Part shown: in pieces, positions 39,364 through 46,707 of the stretch
Layout of the letters: each line of letters begins with the position of its first letter
How positions within the stretch are numbered: position 1 is the stretch's first letter
DNA from: an uncultured Bacilli bacterium
GTDB lineage: Bacteria; Bacillota_I; Bacilli_A; RF39; UBA660
Assembly: GCA_947626855.1 (NCBI GenBank)
Contig: CANQTT010000002.1
Coordinates: 1 to 54,179, forward strand
Direction of reading: 5' to 3'
Length of the DNA: 54,179 nt
Position numbers and translations under genes: made by a program
The notes under the pieces: model-generated
The model's database searches: none
What the model saw: the letters and a program-made list of their open reading frames with translations, nothing else
What the model was told of the DNA's origin: nothing

Positions 39364-39807
39364 CTAGCGGTTGGCTATTTTCTCTTTTACCATTCTACTA
39401 ACCGTAGACATATCCGCTTTTCCACGAAGTTTTGGCGTAATAATTCCCATTACTTTTCCCATATCAGAAGGAGCTTTCGCATCTACTTCGATAATAGCAT
39501 CCATCACAATTTTTTCTACTTCTTCTTCTCCTAATTGTTCAGGCATATAAGTATTTAAAATATCAATTTCTGCTTGTGTCTGTTCTACTAAGTCCTGACG
39601 ATTTCCTTTTTCAAATTCAGCAATAGATTCTTTACGAGTTTTAATCTGTTTAGCAAGAAGAGTAATCATCTCTTCATCATTTAATGCATGCTTCTTACTG
39701 ATTTCTTCTAATTGCATAGCTCCCTTCACCATTCTTAAAACAGATAATTTTTCTTTTTCCTTCTCTTTCATAGCAGTCATCAAATCTTTTAAAATTTTTT
39801 CTCTCAT
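39364..39807 (-). CDS. yqeY: GatB/YqeY domain protein
   Basis: 147 aa; MKEKEKEKLSVLRMVKGAMQ ... typical YqeY. Follows rpsU as in Bacillus. Confidence 0.85.
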   Translation of the reverse strand: MREKILKDLMTAMKEKEKEKLSVLRMVKGAMQLEEISKKHALNDEEMITLLAKQIKTRKESIAEFEKGNRQDLVEQTQAEIDILNTYMPEQLGEEEVEKIVMDAIIEVDAKAPSDMGKVMGIITPKLRGKADMSTVSRMVKEKIANR

Positions 39808-39833
39808 ATTTTCCTCCTAATATCTAATAAATA

Positions 39834-39855
39834 AGGAGCTTTTTATAAAGCTCCT
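39834..39855 (-). terminator. hairpin/weak terminator between rpsU and yqeY
   Basis: AGGAGCTTT/AAAGCTCCT 9-bp stem, 4-nt loop, followed by TTATTTATT on the minus strand. Confidence 0.45.
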
Positions 39856-39862
39856 CGTCGTT

Positions 39863-40057
39863 TTAATAATTGCTTCTTTCTCTTTTTCGTGTATTTTTAA
39901 TACCTTCATTTTTCTTTTCTCTTCTTCGAACTCCAGGTTTTTTATAACCATCTTGACGTTCGCGAGCTTTTTTAAGGAGGCCATCTCTAGCATTTTTTTG
40001 TTTCATTGTGCGTAATGCACTTTCCACGTTCCCATTTCTAACTACTACCTTTGACAT
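39863..40057 (-). CDS. rpsU: 30S ribosomal protein S21
   Basis: MSKVVVRNGNVESALRTMKQK... Start ATG 40057 lies 5 nt after AGGAGGGG. Confidence 0.93.
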   Translation of the reverse strand: MSKVVVRNGNVESALRTMKQKNARDGLLKKARERQDGYKKPGVRRREKKNEGIKNTRKRERSNY

Positions 40058-40086
40058 TGATTCCCCTCCTTTCACAAGCTAAATGT

Positions 40087-40115
40087 ATTATAGCACCATT
40101 CCTTTTGGTTTTCAA
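40087..40115 (-). promoter_or_regulatory. sigma-A promoter for rpsU-yqeY
   Basis: Minus strand TTGAAA (40115-40110), 17 nt, TGcTATAAT (-10 at 40092-40087). Confidence 0.55.
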
Positions 40116-40180
40116 CAAAAAAAGGCAGTTTTTCGTAAAAAAAAGACGTATTTTGATGATTTTTCGACCATTTAGAACGG

Positions 40181-40215
40181 AAAAAAGGAAATATCTAACC
40201 AATCCAGATATTTCC
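40181..40215 (-). terminator. rho-independent terminator closing the bacteriocin operon
   Basis: Perfect 10-bp stem GGAAATATCT/AGATATTTCC (40206-40215 with 40187-40196), 9-nt loop, U6 (40181-40186). Overlaps the stop of the 53-aa ORF. Confidence 0.65.
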
Positions 40216-40356
40216 TGAAAAACAATAACGAATAATAGTTCCTACATATCTTCCTGCTTCTAAAAAAAGAATTCCTAACATCATACACAGGATAAGAATT
40301 AAAAAATATTTCAATATATTGGGCAAAAGAAGTTTGACTTCTATTCTACGGAACAT
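40195..40356 (-). CDS. 53-aa hydrophobic peptide, candidate bacteriocin immunity protein (absent from the ORF track)
   Basis: Hand translation: MFRRIEVKLLLPNILKYFLILILCMMLGILFLEAGRYVGTIIRYCFSGNIWIG. One clear TM helix. Starts inside the last codons of the preceding peptide gene. Weak RBS. Confidence 0.4.
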   Translation of the reverse strand: MFRRIEVKLLLPNILKYFLILILCMMLGILFLEAGRYVGTIIRYCFSGNIWIG

Positions 40357-40511
40357 ACATTTCCGGAGGCTAATCGTCTTATGACAGTTCCTAAACTTCT
40401 ACCGATATCTAAAAAAGCATTAACCCCTCTAACAATAGCGGTAATAAAAGAGGCACTGATATCTGTTCCTCCTTGAATTGATTTTAATTCCTCATCTTCT
40501 AATGTTCTCAT
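40341..40511 (-). CDS. double-glycine-leader peptide 2 (56 aa), class II bacteriocin precursor candidate (absent from the ORF track)
   Basis: Hand translation: MRTLEDEELKSIQGG/TDISASFITAIVRGVNAFLDIGRSLGTVIRRLASGNVCSVE. RBS AGGAGA lies 5 nt upstream. Leader fits the LS..EL..I.GG consensus. Confidence 0.7.
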   Translation of the reverse strand: MRTLEDEELKSIQGGTDISASFITAIVRGVNAFLDIGRSLGTVIRRLASGNVCSVE

Positions 40512-40519
40512 CGATTCTC

Positions 40520-40660
40520 CTAGTTACATTTCAGCGGTCTTACTATGCCATCTAAAACACCGATGAAAAAGGCCACTCCCATGGTAATTAAAGCCGCTAC
40601 TCCTATGGAGATTCCCCCTCCTTTCACTTGTTTCATTTCTTCTTCTTTTAATTCTCTCAT
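40520..40660 (-). CDS. double-glycine-leader peptide 1 (46 aa), class II bacteriocin precursor candidate (absent from the ORF track)
   Basis: Hand translation: MRELKEEEMKQVKGG/GISIGVAALITMGVAFFIGVLDGIVRPLKCN. The ATG overlaps the TGA of the upstream accessory gene (ATGA). Confidence 0.75.
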   Translation of the reverse strand: MRELKEEEMKQVKGGGISIGVAALITMGVAFFIGVLDGIVRPLKCN

Positions 40661-41097
40661 AACCTCAGTCCTTTCTTTATTTTCTCTATTAGTCGTTGAA
40701 ATATTGTTTTCTTATCTTTTAAAAAGGATAATTGAAATTGATGATTTTCAATCTGCCATTCTTTTGGTAAAGAAACTACCATTCTTACTTCCCAAAGGAT
40801 TGTTTTTCCATTTTCATAAGTCATGGGAGTAATTTTAGTTACTCGATATTCATAGGAATTTTGCTCTATTTTCAAATTTTGATTAGAAAGTTGAAAGAAA
40901 GTTTGATCTACAAAAACTACTACTTCTCCTTCTTGATAATATCCTTCATAAAATACTCTTTTCTCTACTTTGTAAGAAACCGCTAATAAGAGGAAGAAGA
41001 CGAAAAAAAGGATTTGTAAAAGGAAAAATGAATTTTGATAGAAAGAAGGATTATACGTTAAGATATTATAAGGTTGTTGAAATATTGGTTCTTTCAT
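40657..41097 (-). CDS. 146-aa single-pass membrane protein, candidate bacteriocin export accessory protein
   Basis: One TM (FFLLQILFFVFFLLLAV) followed by a roughly 100-aa beta-rich domain. Overlaps the ABC transporter 3' end by 32 nt and is translationally coupled to peptide 1. Confidence 0.5.
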   Translation of the reverse strand: MKEPIFQQPYNILTYNPSFYQNSFFLLQILFFVFFLLLAVSYKVEKRVFYEGYYQEGEVVVFVDQTFFQLSNQNLKIEQNSYEYRVTKITPMTYENGKTILWEVRMVVSLPKEWQIENHQFQLSFLKDKKTIFQRLIEKIKKGLRL

Positions 41098-43174
41098 TTT
41101 TTCTTTTTACATTCTCACGAAGAAATCCTTTCTCAATTCTAATTTTTCTATCAAATAAATCTAGATTAGCTTCTCGATGAGAAATGACAACAATGGTTTT
41201 ATCAGAATATTTTTGAAAGATCTGCTTTAAAATCTTTCTTTCCAAGGAAACATCTAGCTGATTTAAGCCTTCATCCACAATCAGAATCTGAAATGGTCTT
41301 AACAAAGTTCTAGCTAAAATAACTCTTTGTCTTTCCCCACCTGATAAATTTACACCATTTTCCTCTATTAATTGTAAGTAACCTAGATTTTCTTTTTGAG
41401 CGATTTCTTCGACCTCACAAATATTGGTAATCTCTTTCAACTGTTTTTCCTCCCATTTACTGGATAAAGTAATATTCTCCATCAAACTTCCCGTATAGAG
41501 ACTTTCATTTTGATGAATATAACAAATTTCTCCCAAATTCTTATAATCATTAATATCATAGTCGTTTATCCGGATCATTCCTCTTGGAACATCATAATAA
41601 CCTTTTAACAATTTAAAAAGAGTACTTTTTCCACTCCCACTACTTCCTAATACCAATACTTTCTCCCCAAACGCAATAGATAACGTAATGGCGTGTAAAA
41701 CCTCTTTTTCTGGACGGTAGGAATACGATAAATTGTCAAAAACAATCGTTCCATTAGAAAGTTTTGGCAAAAATCCTTTTTGGGATTTTTCCCTATCAAA
41801 AACAGAGATTCTTTCTAATGTTTTTTTAGCTTGTTTCGTATCTTTATCTAAATCGATTAACTCCCGAACAGGCATAAAAAAATAAGAAGATAGATTTTGA
41901 ATAGTGAGTAAAGATCCAAAGGTCAACTCCCCTTTTTTCACAAATAGGCATCCTACCAAAAGTAATAGTAACGTACTGAATTCTTCACACAATTGTTTAC
42001 TATAATTTTCTAGGCTTAACAGATTTTTTAACCGATGAAATCCATTCAAAAAAGAAACCTTTTGAGTTGCCCATTTTTCTTGATGATAACTTTCTAAGGA
42101 AATTCCTTTGATTGTTTCAAAAGAGCGTAGACATTCCACTTCCGTATTCATCAACGAAGAAGCCTCTAGTTGACACTCACGAATCTTCTCATCTAATGGT
42201 CGTTCGAATAGTTTTAAAAGAAAAAGTTCTAAAAAGAAAAATAACATTAACAAAATAGAAATTTCAGACTGCAGAAGATAAAGACAGAAAAAGGAGATAA
42301 GCATTAGAGGAATATCAATGATAAGGACAATAATCCATTTAGAAATAGCTACCTTTACATCTTCTAAAGACTGAATTCTAGATAATATATCCCCAGTGGA
42401 ATGATTATGATAATAATGATAGGAAAGTGATAAAACTTTATGAAAAGTATCTAAAGAAAGAAGAAGATCCATTTTCTTTTCTAACCATAAAAAAAGTCTA
42501 TTACGAAAAAATTCTCCTGTCAGTTTCAGAAAAGTAAAACCGGCAAACAAAAGAAAAAGGAAAAGAAAGAAAGATTCTTCTTGATCTACTTGCAATTGCT
42601 TTAACATAATTTCCCCATAAAAAGAAGTTCCTATTGCATACAGTAAAATGAAAATAGAAAAAAAGAAGATCTGCCATAAGATTTTTTTATTGGGAGAAAG
42701 GAATTGCTTTAAGCTAGTCCATTTTATTTTTTCTTCCGAAAATTGGAGTAAAGGTTTCAGTGGGTATAAAAGGATTAATGTTTCACTATAGATAGTTTTA
42801 AAGAGGTCAAACTTGATTTTTAAAATTTTATTGGCAGGATCAGCTACCAGCAATTCCCCTTTTCTAGGATTCATTTCATAGATAACCACGAAATGGGAAT
42901 ACGATTGATTCAAAGTAACATGAGCAATACAGGGAAGTAATAGTTCTCCTTCTGTTAACTTTTCAAAAGAACAATGCACTCCTTTTGCTGAAAAGCCGAC
43001 ATGCCTCATCCCCTCTACCATATCATAGGCATTTGTCCCATTCTTATCAGCATGGAATAATTCTTTTATTTTTTCAAGGCTCATGTATCCTCCGTAATAT
43101 CTTAAAATCATAGCAAAGCAAGCAACACCACAATCTTTTAATTCCTCTTGTTCAATGAAAGGATACTTTTTCGT
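41066..43174 (-). CDS. peptidase-containing ABC transporter (C39 peptidase + 6-TM + ATPase; bacteriocin exporter) with a non-canonical or mutated start codon
   Basis: C39 triad context DCGVACFAMILRYYG, HFVVIYE, VADPA. Walker A GSSGSGKST, signature LSGGERQR, Walker B ILIVDE. The first ATG (43111) lies after the catalytic Cys. ACG at 43174-43172 sits 7 nt after AGGAGG. Confidence 0.8.
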   Translation of the reverse strand, partial: TKKYPFIEQEELKDCGVACFAMILRYYGGYMSLEKIKELFHADKNGTNAYDMVEGMRHVGFSAKGVHCSFEKLTEGELLLPCIAHVTLNQSYSHFVVIYEMNPRKGELLVADPANKILKIKFDLFKTIYSETLILLYPLKPLLQFSEEKIKWTSLKQFLSPNKKILWQIFFFSIFILLYAIGTSFYGEIMLKQLQVDQEESFFLFLFLLFAGFTFLKLTGEFFRNRLFLWLEKKMDLLLSLDTFHKVLSLSYHYYHNHSTGDILSRIQSLEDVKVAISKWIIVLIIDIPLMLISFFCLYLLQSEISILLMLFFFLELFLLKLFERPLDEKIRECQLEASSLMNTEVECLRSFETIKGISLESYHQEKWATQKVSFLNGFHRLKNLLSLENYSKQLCEEFSTLLLLLVGCLFVKKGELTFGSLLTIQNLSSYFFMPVRELIDLDKDTKQAKKTLERISVFDREKSQKGFLPKLSNGTIVFDNLSYSYRPEKEVLHAITLSIAFGEKVLVLGSSGSGKSTLFKLLKGYYDVPRGMIRINDYDINDYKNLGEICYIHQNESLYTGSLMENITLSSKWEEKQLKEITNICEVEEIAQKENLGYLQLIEENGVNLSGGERQRVILARTLLRPFQILIVDEGLNQLDVSLERKILKQIFQKYSDKTIVVISHREANLDLFDRKIRIEKGFLRENVKRKNERTNISTTL

Positions 43175-43241
43175 TTTATCACCTCCTACTATATCCTTAG
43201 TGAAGAGAAAACGAATTCCTTTTTTTCAAAAAAAAAGATTC

Positions 43242-45404
43242 TTAAAAAGAATCTCTAATACTCATAATTCCCATCTCATAATAGGAATTATAGTCTCTTT
43301 CTTGCTTTTTCTGATAATGGTAAATATAAGTAAGTCCTTCTTTCTCCTCCACTGGGAAGTGATTGGAAAACTTGTCAACCAAGAACGCTTTTGAAGAAGA
43401 AATTCCGTATTTCGTAAGGAGACGATATTTACTAATCATAGCTTCTATTCTACCGGAACCAATGATTTCTAAGTAAGGATGTTCTTGATATCGATTTTGA
43501 TATGCTCTTATAATGTTTTCTATTTGGTGATCAGAAAGTTCATAGGATAAAGTAACTTTTCTTACCCCTAAGCAATGAAGAAGAGCAACACTATAAGAAT
43601 TTACAACATTGAAAGAAAAATCACTGGTTGTTCCAGAATAGCAATAAATACTTCCTAGTTCACCAACTAATAAACGTTCAGAATGCGGTTTTAAGTGTTC
43701 TTGGACACGAGGCAATTTTAAAACCTTGCGAGGATCTGAAATTTTTTCGTATAAAGAGGAATCCATATAAATCTCTTGATACTCTTTCTTTTTTATTTTC
43801 TCGTATTCTTCTTGCGTTGTCACATAGACCGTTTTTTCTCTAACAATAGGAAAATGAGGAACTTTTCGATTATAGTTAGACTTTCCATAATCCAACGTAT
43901 AGAGACGCTTTTCAGAAATCTTTTCAACTACACTTCTTCTTAATTCATTCATTTTCTGAACAGGAATAAAAATATTTTCATCCATATCCCAGTTTATGGT
44001 CTGAATTTGATAAACGGTTCCACCTAACTTCATGAGTTGATTTTGAATTTTATCTTTGGAAAGCGGAGCTTTTTGACTTGCCTCTACTACATAATCACTC
44101 TCTGCTACCACACAGTTTATTCCATCTGAAGCTTGAAGACTACATTTTTCACCAATACGTGCTGAAAAAGTAAAAGTAAGATTTACCTTTCTAGGCTCGG
44201 ATTGAATTTCTTGTTGCAACCTTTCCAATTGTTTCCAATCCGTTGTTTTTACGACAACACTTCCAATTGCCACAGGATCTTGGTAAGGGATACGAACAAT
44301 ATCCCCTTTTCTAGCACTAGGTACTTTCTTTTTTCCTAAATAGATAACATCAATCTCTTTTCCCGTATCTTCTTTTCCCAAAATGCGAATGCCATCTCTT
44401 ACAGTTAAGCTTTGACTAAGTTTGATATCAACACTAGAGGTATTCTTGGAAACAACTGTTCCGATAGGAATTCCCATGTGATTAGGTCGATATTCATTGG
44501 TAAATTGAGAATTTTCTTCATGAAATAAAAAGCCTTTGGTAAAGCCCCTATGAAAAATCTTTTTCATCTCTTGTAGTTCTTCTTCCGTAACAACAATCTT
44601 TCCATATAAGCAATAAGAATCGATTGCTTTTCGATAAAGAGAAGTTATCAAATAGACATACTCAGGTCTTTTCATTCTTCCTTCTATCTTCAAACTATCA
44701 ATACCACCATCTATCAATTGTGGAAGATATTCTAAAGTATTTAAATCTTTCGCACTGAGAAGATATTTTTCTTTATTTCGAATCGTTCCCTCTACTTCTA
44801 ATTGATAAGGTTGTCTACAACATTGTGCACAAGTTCCTCTATTTCCACTCCGACCGCCAATTAAACTACTCATTAAGCATTGGCCAGAATAAGAAATACA
44901 AAGGGCCCCATGAACAAATATTTCTATTTCAAGAGAAGTCTGTTGTTTTATTTCACGTACTAACTCTATAGGCGTTTCACGTGCTAAAACTACCCGCTTA
45001 ATGCCTAAGTCCTCTAGTAATTTTACTCCTTCTAAATTATGGATATGCATCTGGGTAGAGGCATGAAGTTCTAACCGAGGATAGCGTTGATGAAGAAGAT
45101 CCATCATGCCAATATCTTGAATGATTAAGGCATCTACAGAAATCGTTGTTAAAAACTCAATATAAGAAAGAAAATTTTTTACCTCTGCTTCATAGATTAA
45201 AGTATTTACCGTTACATATACTTTTACGCCATAGAGATGTGCTAAAGCAACAGCTTCCTTTAATTCATCATTGGTAAAATTAGCCGCATAACTTCTAGCA
45301 CCATATAAATTTCCAGACAAATAAACCGCATCACAACCACCTTGAATAGCTGCTTTAAGACTTTCCATACTACCAGCGGGAGATAATAATTCTGGCTTTT
45401 TCAT
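43242..45404 (-). CDS. U32-family peptidase (long, duplicated form)
   Basis: MKKPELLSPAGSMESLKAAIQGGCDAVYLSG N-terminus, and ISYSGQCLMSS ... GRSGNRGTCAQCCR, the U32 signature. Confidence 0.85.
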   Translation of the reverse strand: MKKPELLSPAGSMESLKAAIQGGCDAVYLSGNLYGARSYAANFTNDELKEAVALAHLYGVKVYVTVNTLIYEAEVKNFLSYIEFLTTISVDALIIQDIGMMDLLHQRYPRLELHASTQMHIHNLEGVKLLEDLGIKRVVLARETPIELVREIKQQTSLEIEIFVHGALCISYSGQCLMSSLIGGRSGNRGTCAQCCRQPYQLEVEGTIRNKEKYLLSAKDLNTLEYLPQLIDGGIDSLKIEGRMKRPEYVYLITSLYRKAIDSYCLYGKIVVTEEELQEMKKIFHRGFTKGFLFHEENSQFTNEYRPNHMGIPIGTVVSKNTSSVDIKLSQSLTVRDGIRILGKEDTGKEIDVIYLGKKKVPSARKGDIVRIPYQDPVAIGSVVVKTTDWKQLERLQQEIQSEPRKVNLTFTFSARIGEKCSLQASDGINCVVAESDYVVEASQKAPLSKDKIQNQLMKLGGTVYQIQTINWDMDENIFIPVQKMNELRRSVVEKISEKRLYTLDYGKSNYNRKVPHFPIVREKTVYVTTQEEYEKIKKKEYQEIYMDSSLYEKISDPRKVLKLPRVQEHLKPHSERLLVGELGSIYCYSGTTSDFSFNVVNSYSVALLHCLGVRKVTLSYELSDHQIENIIRAYQNRYQEHPYLEIIGSGRIEAMISKYRLLTKYGISSSKAFLVDKFSNHFPVEEKEGLTYIYHYQKKQERDYNSYYEMGIMSIRDSF

Positions 45405-45454
45405 AATATCACCAGCTTTATTATATAGAAAAAAAAGATTTTTGAAAATAAATT

Positions 45455-46279
45455 TTAATCTTCTTTCAAATGATTTGACAAAGAAGTTATTTCATAGCCA
45501 CGAGATTCTATATAAGCAATAATAGTGGACAATTCCTTCTCTAATTGAGGAGTTCCTTCATAGACTAATAAAGCACCAGGTAATAATTTTTCTTTCGTCG
45601 TTTGAAGTGGCTTTTTATCAATCACTTCCCCTGTTGTAATCGTATGATAGCCATAACTTTTACAAAGTGATAAAAAAGTAGGATTTTCTGTTTCGTTGTA
45701 ACAAGTCATAGGAGTTTGTTCATAAGTAATTAATTTTTGACGCATAGAAACAAAATCTGGTTCCGTACTTTCAGGAATTAAAATTTCATCTCCCATTAAA
45801 ATCACTTGTTCAAGTTCTTCAGAATAATTTTGAAAATCATAGTTTTGCATCACAAAGGATGCGGGATAATTACCTAGTATCGTTAAAAGATTCTCTAACT
45901 TATCTTCATGAACGATAAAAATAAGACTGGCCATTCTCTTTTTAGAATTTCCTTTGATAATATATTTATCTAAATGATCATCTAGATTGTCATCAGGTTT
46001 CTTACTGTCATAAACAAAATAATTCGGATCATAAGCTCCAATTTTTTTCATCGCTTGATAACTCTCTTCTATATTTACTGTTTTAGACGGAAGACCAGGA
46101 ATAATGTAGGAATCTTGAATGCTTACATTTTCAGCAGGAAATTGATATTCTTCTTGATGTTGTTTAATTTGAATCATAATATCATCTACTTCTTGAACAA
46201 CCATAGAGGCCTTATCCGTTAAAAAGAAGCTAAAACAAACTAAACTAATAATCCCAAAATATTCAAAAATCTTTTTCAT
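45455..46279 (-). CDS. membrane-anchored protein, possibly a divergent polysaccharide-deacetylase (NodB-like) homologue
   Basis: N-terminal anchor. IIPGLPSKTVNIEESYQAM and C-terminal IIAYIESRGYEITSLSNHL resemble PdaB/YlxY-type proteins, but the catalytic Asp/His motifs are not evident. Confidence 0.4.
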   Translation of the reverse strand: MKKIFEYFGIISLVCFSFFLTDKASMVVQEVDDIMIQIKQHQEEYQFPAENVSIQDSYIIPGLPSKTVNIEESYQAMKKIGAYDPNYFVYDSKKPDDNLDDHLDKYIIKGNSKKRMASLIFIVHEDKLENLLTILGNYPASFVMQNYDFQNYSEELEQVILMGDEILIPESTEPDFVSMRQKLITYEQTPMTCYNETENPTFLSLCKSYGYHTITTGEVIDKKPLQTTKEKLLPGALLVYEGTPQLEKELSTIIAYIESRGYEITSLSNHLKED

Positions 46280-46342
46280 AAACCACCTATTTGATTATAT
46301 GAAAAAAAGAATCTTTAATTTCCAATTAGAAAGATATTTATC

Positions 46343-46369
46343 ACCAAAAAATATTTTTTACATATTTTA
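46343..46369 (+). promoter_or_regulatory. sigma-K-like sporulation promoter match upstream of the Gly/Tyr-rich gene
   Basis: AC (46343-46344), 16 nt, CATAtttTA (46361-46369), against the B. subtilis sigma-K consensus AC-N16/17-CATA---TA. A chance match is possible in AT-rich DNA. Confidence 0.25.
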
Positions 46370-46383
46370 TCAATGAAAGGAAA

Positions 46384-46638
46384 ATGTCTATGTTTGATTT
46401 CAATAAAAATATGTATATGACAAATCGCGAAGTACCGGTTTCCTATACAAATTCTGATTTTCAAAATGAAAGAGTAGGATTTTTAGGTCCTTTCTTATTA
46501 GGGGGAATTACAGGAGGATTAGTAGCACCATTTTTCTACGGTGGAGGATATGGTGGCGGTTATGGATACAATCAACCATACTATACCAATAATTACTATT
46601 ATCCACCCTATTCTTACTACAACTATCGTCCTTATTAA
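46384..46638 (+). CDS. small Gly/Tyr/Pro/Asn-rich protein with a glycine-zipper hydrophobic segment
   Basis: 84 aa: ...VGFLGPFLLGGITGGLVAPFFYGGGYGGGYGYNQPYYTNNYYYPPYSYYNYRPY. RBS AAAGGAAA. The start may be the ATG at 46390. Plus strand, unlike its neighbours. Confidence 0.55.
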   Translation: MSMFDFNKNMYMTNREVPVSYTNSDFQNERVGFLGPFLLGGITGGLVAPFFYGGGYGGGYGYNQPYYTNNYYYPPYSYYNYRPY

Positions 46639-46707
46639 GGAAGAAGAAAAAAATTTTGCTTTGGATAATTTCAAGATAAAAAAGAGGCTCTTTCAAAAAG
46701 AACCTTT

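Noticed and set aside
40545-40832. 95-aa plus-strand ORF from the track
   Set aside because: It is antisense to the two GG-leader peptide genes and the accessory gene. It has no RBS, and its low-complexity translation is a mirror of the real minus-strand genes.
43175-43241. Promoter for the bacteriocin operon in the 67-nt gap after the U32 peptidase gene
   Set aside because: A TTGAAA hexamer is present, but the nearest -10-like element (TATAGT) is about 30 nt away. No convincing promoter or terminator is visible, so read-through from the U32 gene cannot be excluded.
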